DNA from: an uncultured Acidobacteriota bacterium
Lineage (GTDB): Bacteria; Acidobacteriota; Vicinamibacteria; Vicinamibacterales; 2-12-FULL-66-21
DNA length: 64,000 bases
Reading direction: 5' to 3'
Assembly (NCBI GenBank): GCA_963804245.1
Contig: CAWDPQ010000006.1
Coordinates: 186,546 to 250,545, forward strand
Of the stretch, positions 61,497 to 64,000 are shown piece by piece (position 1 is the stretch's first letter; each line of letters begins with the position of its first letter). A program made the translations under genes and the position numbers. Under the pieces are notes generated by a model that was not told where the DNA came from, ran no database searches, and saw nothing but the letters and a program-made list of their open reading frames with translations.

Positions 61497-62699
61497 TCAG
61501 AACGCTGAAATATTGAACAGCGGCATGTACAGCGCGAGTAACAGTCCCGCAATCACCAGGCCCATGACGACGAGCAGGAGGGGCTCCACGAGCGTGATGA
61601 ATCGTCCGAGATTGGTTTCGATCTCCTCGTCGTAGAAGTCGGCGAGGCTGTTGAGCATCTCCTGCAGTGCGCCTGTCGACTCGCCGACCTCGACCATCTT
61701 GATTGCCACATCAGTAAACGCGCCGCTGTCGTTCATCGCGGCGGAGAGGGCCCGTCCTTCACGCACCTTCTGACCCGCGGTGCGCAGCTCGTGGGCGATG
61801 TAGCGGTTCTGGATCGATCGAGCCGCAACATCCAGCGCATTGACCAGCGGAATGCCGCCTTGGAGCAGCGTCCCGAGTGTCCGCGCCGCCTGCGACGTCG
61901 AGAATTTCCTGGCCACCGGCCCGAGTCCCGGCACACGCAAGATCCAGCGATCGAAGCGCTCGCGCTGACTCGGCTGCTGCATCCACGCCCAAAGTGCCGC
62001 CCCGCCCCCGATAGCACCGAGAATGAAAAGCCACAAGTAGGTGCGCGCCACCTCCGACACCGCCATGATCACGCGGGTCGACAGCGGCAGCTCCCGGCCG
62101 AACTGCTCGTAAAACGCCGTGAACTGCGGTACCACGCGCAGCACGATGATGCTGACGACAACGAGCGACAGGACAAGCAGAATCGACGGATAGACCAGCG
62201 CTGAGATGGTGCGCCGCCGGACCGTTGCCACTACTTTTACGTAAGCGACGTACCGGCGGATGACCTGCTCGAGACTGCCGCTCTTCTCACCGGCCAGGAG
62301 CGATGCTGTGTAGACCCCAGGGAACATCGCTCCGTGCGCCTCGAACGATTCCGACAGCGAGCTGCCGCCCCTCACGCGTTCGTACACGTCGTCGAGCACC
62401 GATTTGAAGAGTGAATTGGTCACTCGGCTCCGCAAAATGTCCAGCGACTGTACGAGCGGCATCCCAGCCTTGAGCAGCGTCGCGAGCTCCTGGTTGAACA
62501 CCAGAAATTCCCGCGTCGACACGCGCGACCGCTTGGGAAGCGGGACGCGACCGAGCGCGACACGGCCCGCCCGCTGGATTCCAAGAACATAAAGTCCCTT
62601 TTCCTCCAGCTCCCGGCGCAGCCGGGCCTCGCTTTCGGCGACGTAGACTCCTTCGAAGACTTCGCCTCCGAGGGTGCCCAGGCGGCAGCGGAATTCCAT
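61497..62699 (-). CDS. GspF/PilC platform protein
   Basis: LATLLKAG, GEKSGSL, ALVYP, VGESTG, EP, LYMPLF. Confidence 0.93.
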   Translation of the reverse strand: MEFRCRLGTLGGEVFEGVYVAESEARLRRELEEKGLYVLGIQRAGRVALGRVPLPKRSRVSTREFLVFNQELATLLKAGMPLVQSLDILRSRVTNSLFKSVLDDVYERVRGGSSLSESFEAHGAMFPGVYTASLLAGEKSGSLEQVIRRYVAYVKVVATVRRRTISALVYPSILLVLSLVVVSIIVLRVVPQFTAFYEQFGRELPLSTRVIMAVSEVARTYLWLFILGAIGGGAALWAWMQQPSQRERFDRWILRVPGLGPVARKFSTSQAARTLGTLLQGGIPLVNALDVAARSIQNRYIAHELRTAGQKVREGRALSAAMNDSGAFTDVAIKMVEVGESTGALQEMLNSLADFYDEEIETNLGRFITLVEPLLLVVMGLVIAGLLLALYMPLFNISAF

Positions 62700-62873
62700 G
62701 CTTAGCGGCCATCCTCCGGCGCTTCGGCGCAAGCTCTTGTCACTAAGGACATTATCGGCAGATCGAGTCCGACAAATTATATAACAGGGCCACCCGCTCC
62801 GGCGGCTCCGGCGCAGGCACATCTTTAGGTTAGACAGGGAAAGTGGGACGACGGCCTGAGGTCTTGACTCGGC

Positions 62874-63519
62874 TTACTTGACCCCAGCGAGGGAGAGAAT
62901 CCGCGAAACGTAGTTTCTGGTCTCCCGATACGGCGGGATACCGTTGAACTTCTTCACCGCTCCCTCGCCGGCGTTGTACGCCGCGAGCGCCAGTTCGACG
63001 CCCCAGCGATCGATCAACGACTTCAGATGCTTGACGCCGGCTGCGACGTTCGATTTGGGATCGTACGGGTTGCGGACGTTGTACTCGCGGGCCGTGGAAG
63101 GCATCAACTGCATCAGCCCCATCGCTCCCTTGGCAGGATTTTGCCTTCGGCCGGTAGTTCGACTCGACCTGGATCAGCGCTCGCACGAGATTGGGGTCGA
63201 CGCCGTGCGCCTCCGACATGCTGGCGATGAGCTCACCATAGGGGCTGGGTTCGAGCCCCGCTTCCACCTGATCGGCGACTGTTACCTCGGGCTCCGGGTA
63301 CGGGACCTCGTCGGGGACGATCTTGTCGACGAGCGTCTTGTCGATGTTGACGTCACCGCCGCCGCGGAGGGTAAGAACCAGGGTTTCGCCGTCAAAGCGA
63401 TGGCCTTTTATGGAGAGCGTTCTGCCGGAGGTCAGGTAGACGATTTCGGCGTCAGCGGGAGCGGCCATCAGGCTCAAGGCGAAGGCTACCGCTGAACAGA
63501 GGGGAACTCTGAACGTCAT
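62874..63519 (-). CDS. Lytic transglycosylase, SLT domain (frameshift near 63135)
   Basis: [28 protein letters not shown]. Confidence 0.9.
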
Positions 63520-63623
63520 TCGAAGCGCGAATCCTACCATCCGGCCGAGACTCCTGTCCAGAAACACTACAGTCGAGCTAGACCGTATGGGTGTCCAGCG
63601 GCCGCTCGAGCTGTATTCGACGC

Positions 63624-64000
63624 TTACTTGGGTTCAACGAACGCGTGAAACACGCGAATGCCGAGCTCGCGAGGATCGCCATCGCCCGGCTTGAAGGTCT
63701 TATCGACTTCAACGACCAGTTCGGCCATCTCTCCCGTGCCGAACTGCGCAGCCGAGATCGGAAAAGTCGTGAGCGCGCGATCCTTCGAGGATGCCGGGAA
63801 GGTTCCTACCGTCTCGTTGCCGATCCGAAGCGTGACCTGCTGCGGAGGGGTGAAGAGATCGACCCGCGCATCGTATTCGAGGTAGAAAGTCGCGTCCTTC
63901 TTCGGGTTGCGGAAGGAGATCGTCCCCGCCTTCTGCGTCCACTGCCATTCGGACGATGGGTTCGACGCGTCGACCTCGGCGGAGTGCCAGCCATCCTTAT
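63624..64000 (-). CDS. Hypothetical protein, C-terminal part (absent from the ORF track)
   Basis: Manual translation KDGWHSAEVD...WQWT...DPRELGIRVFHAFVEPK-stop; frame is open from the window edge. Confidence 0.75.
   Translation of the reverse strand, partial: KDGWHSAEVDASNPSSEWQWTQKAGTISFRNPKKDATFYLEYDARVDLFTPPQQVTLRIGNETVGTFPASSKDRALTTFPISAAQFGTGEMAELVVEVDKTFKPGDGDPRELGIRVFHAFVEPK

Noticed and set aside
63637-63652. CGTGAAACA, half of a canonical parS
   Set aside because: Only one half-site matches, and it lies inside a coding region (RVFHA).

Overview
High-GC chromosomal segment, most likely from an Acidobacteriota (Vicinamibacteria-like) genome. This is inferred from the ADOP-type permease, the fused LptF-G and the T2SS/T4P layout. 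It is mostly housekeeping: guaA, dnaE, accA, recJ, lptC/A-lptB-rpoN-hpf-hprK-rapZ-PTS, ssb, tol-pal, recN, miaB, metK, xerD, a peptidoglycan-recycling cluster and a PilB/C/M/N/O-secretin-pseudopilin cluster. Many essential genes carry single-base frameshifts, probably uncorrected long-read errors. The main observation is a 28-bp dif site at 32439-32466, near where gene orientation flips and the KOPS motifs spotted by eye converge. It lies about 280 bp downstream of an atypical parA-parB pair whose parB contains a non-canonical 16-bp parS-like palindrome, making this a candidate terminus-linked partition system. Other observations: a 3.1-kb transposase-less unit bounded by 45-bp GGGGTCAG inverted repeats and carrying an ABC permease; an empty GGGGACAG palindrome in the 3' end of ptsI; a two-copy hairpin element with conserved arms and a variable middle; and several REP, heptamer and octamer repeat families. 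All motif searches were done by eye and are not exhaustive.
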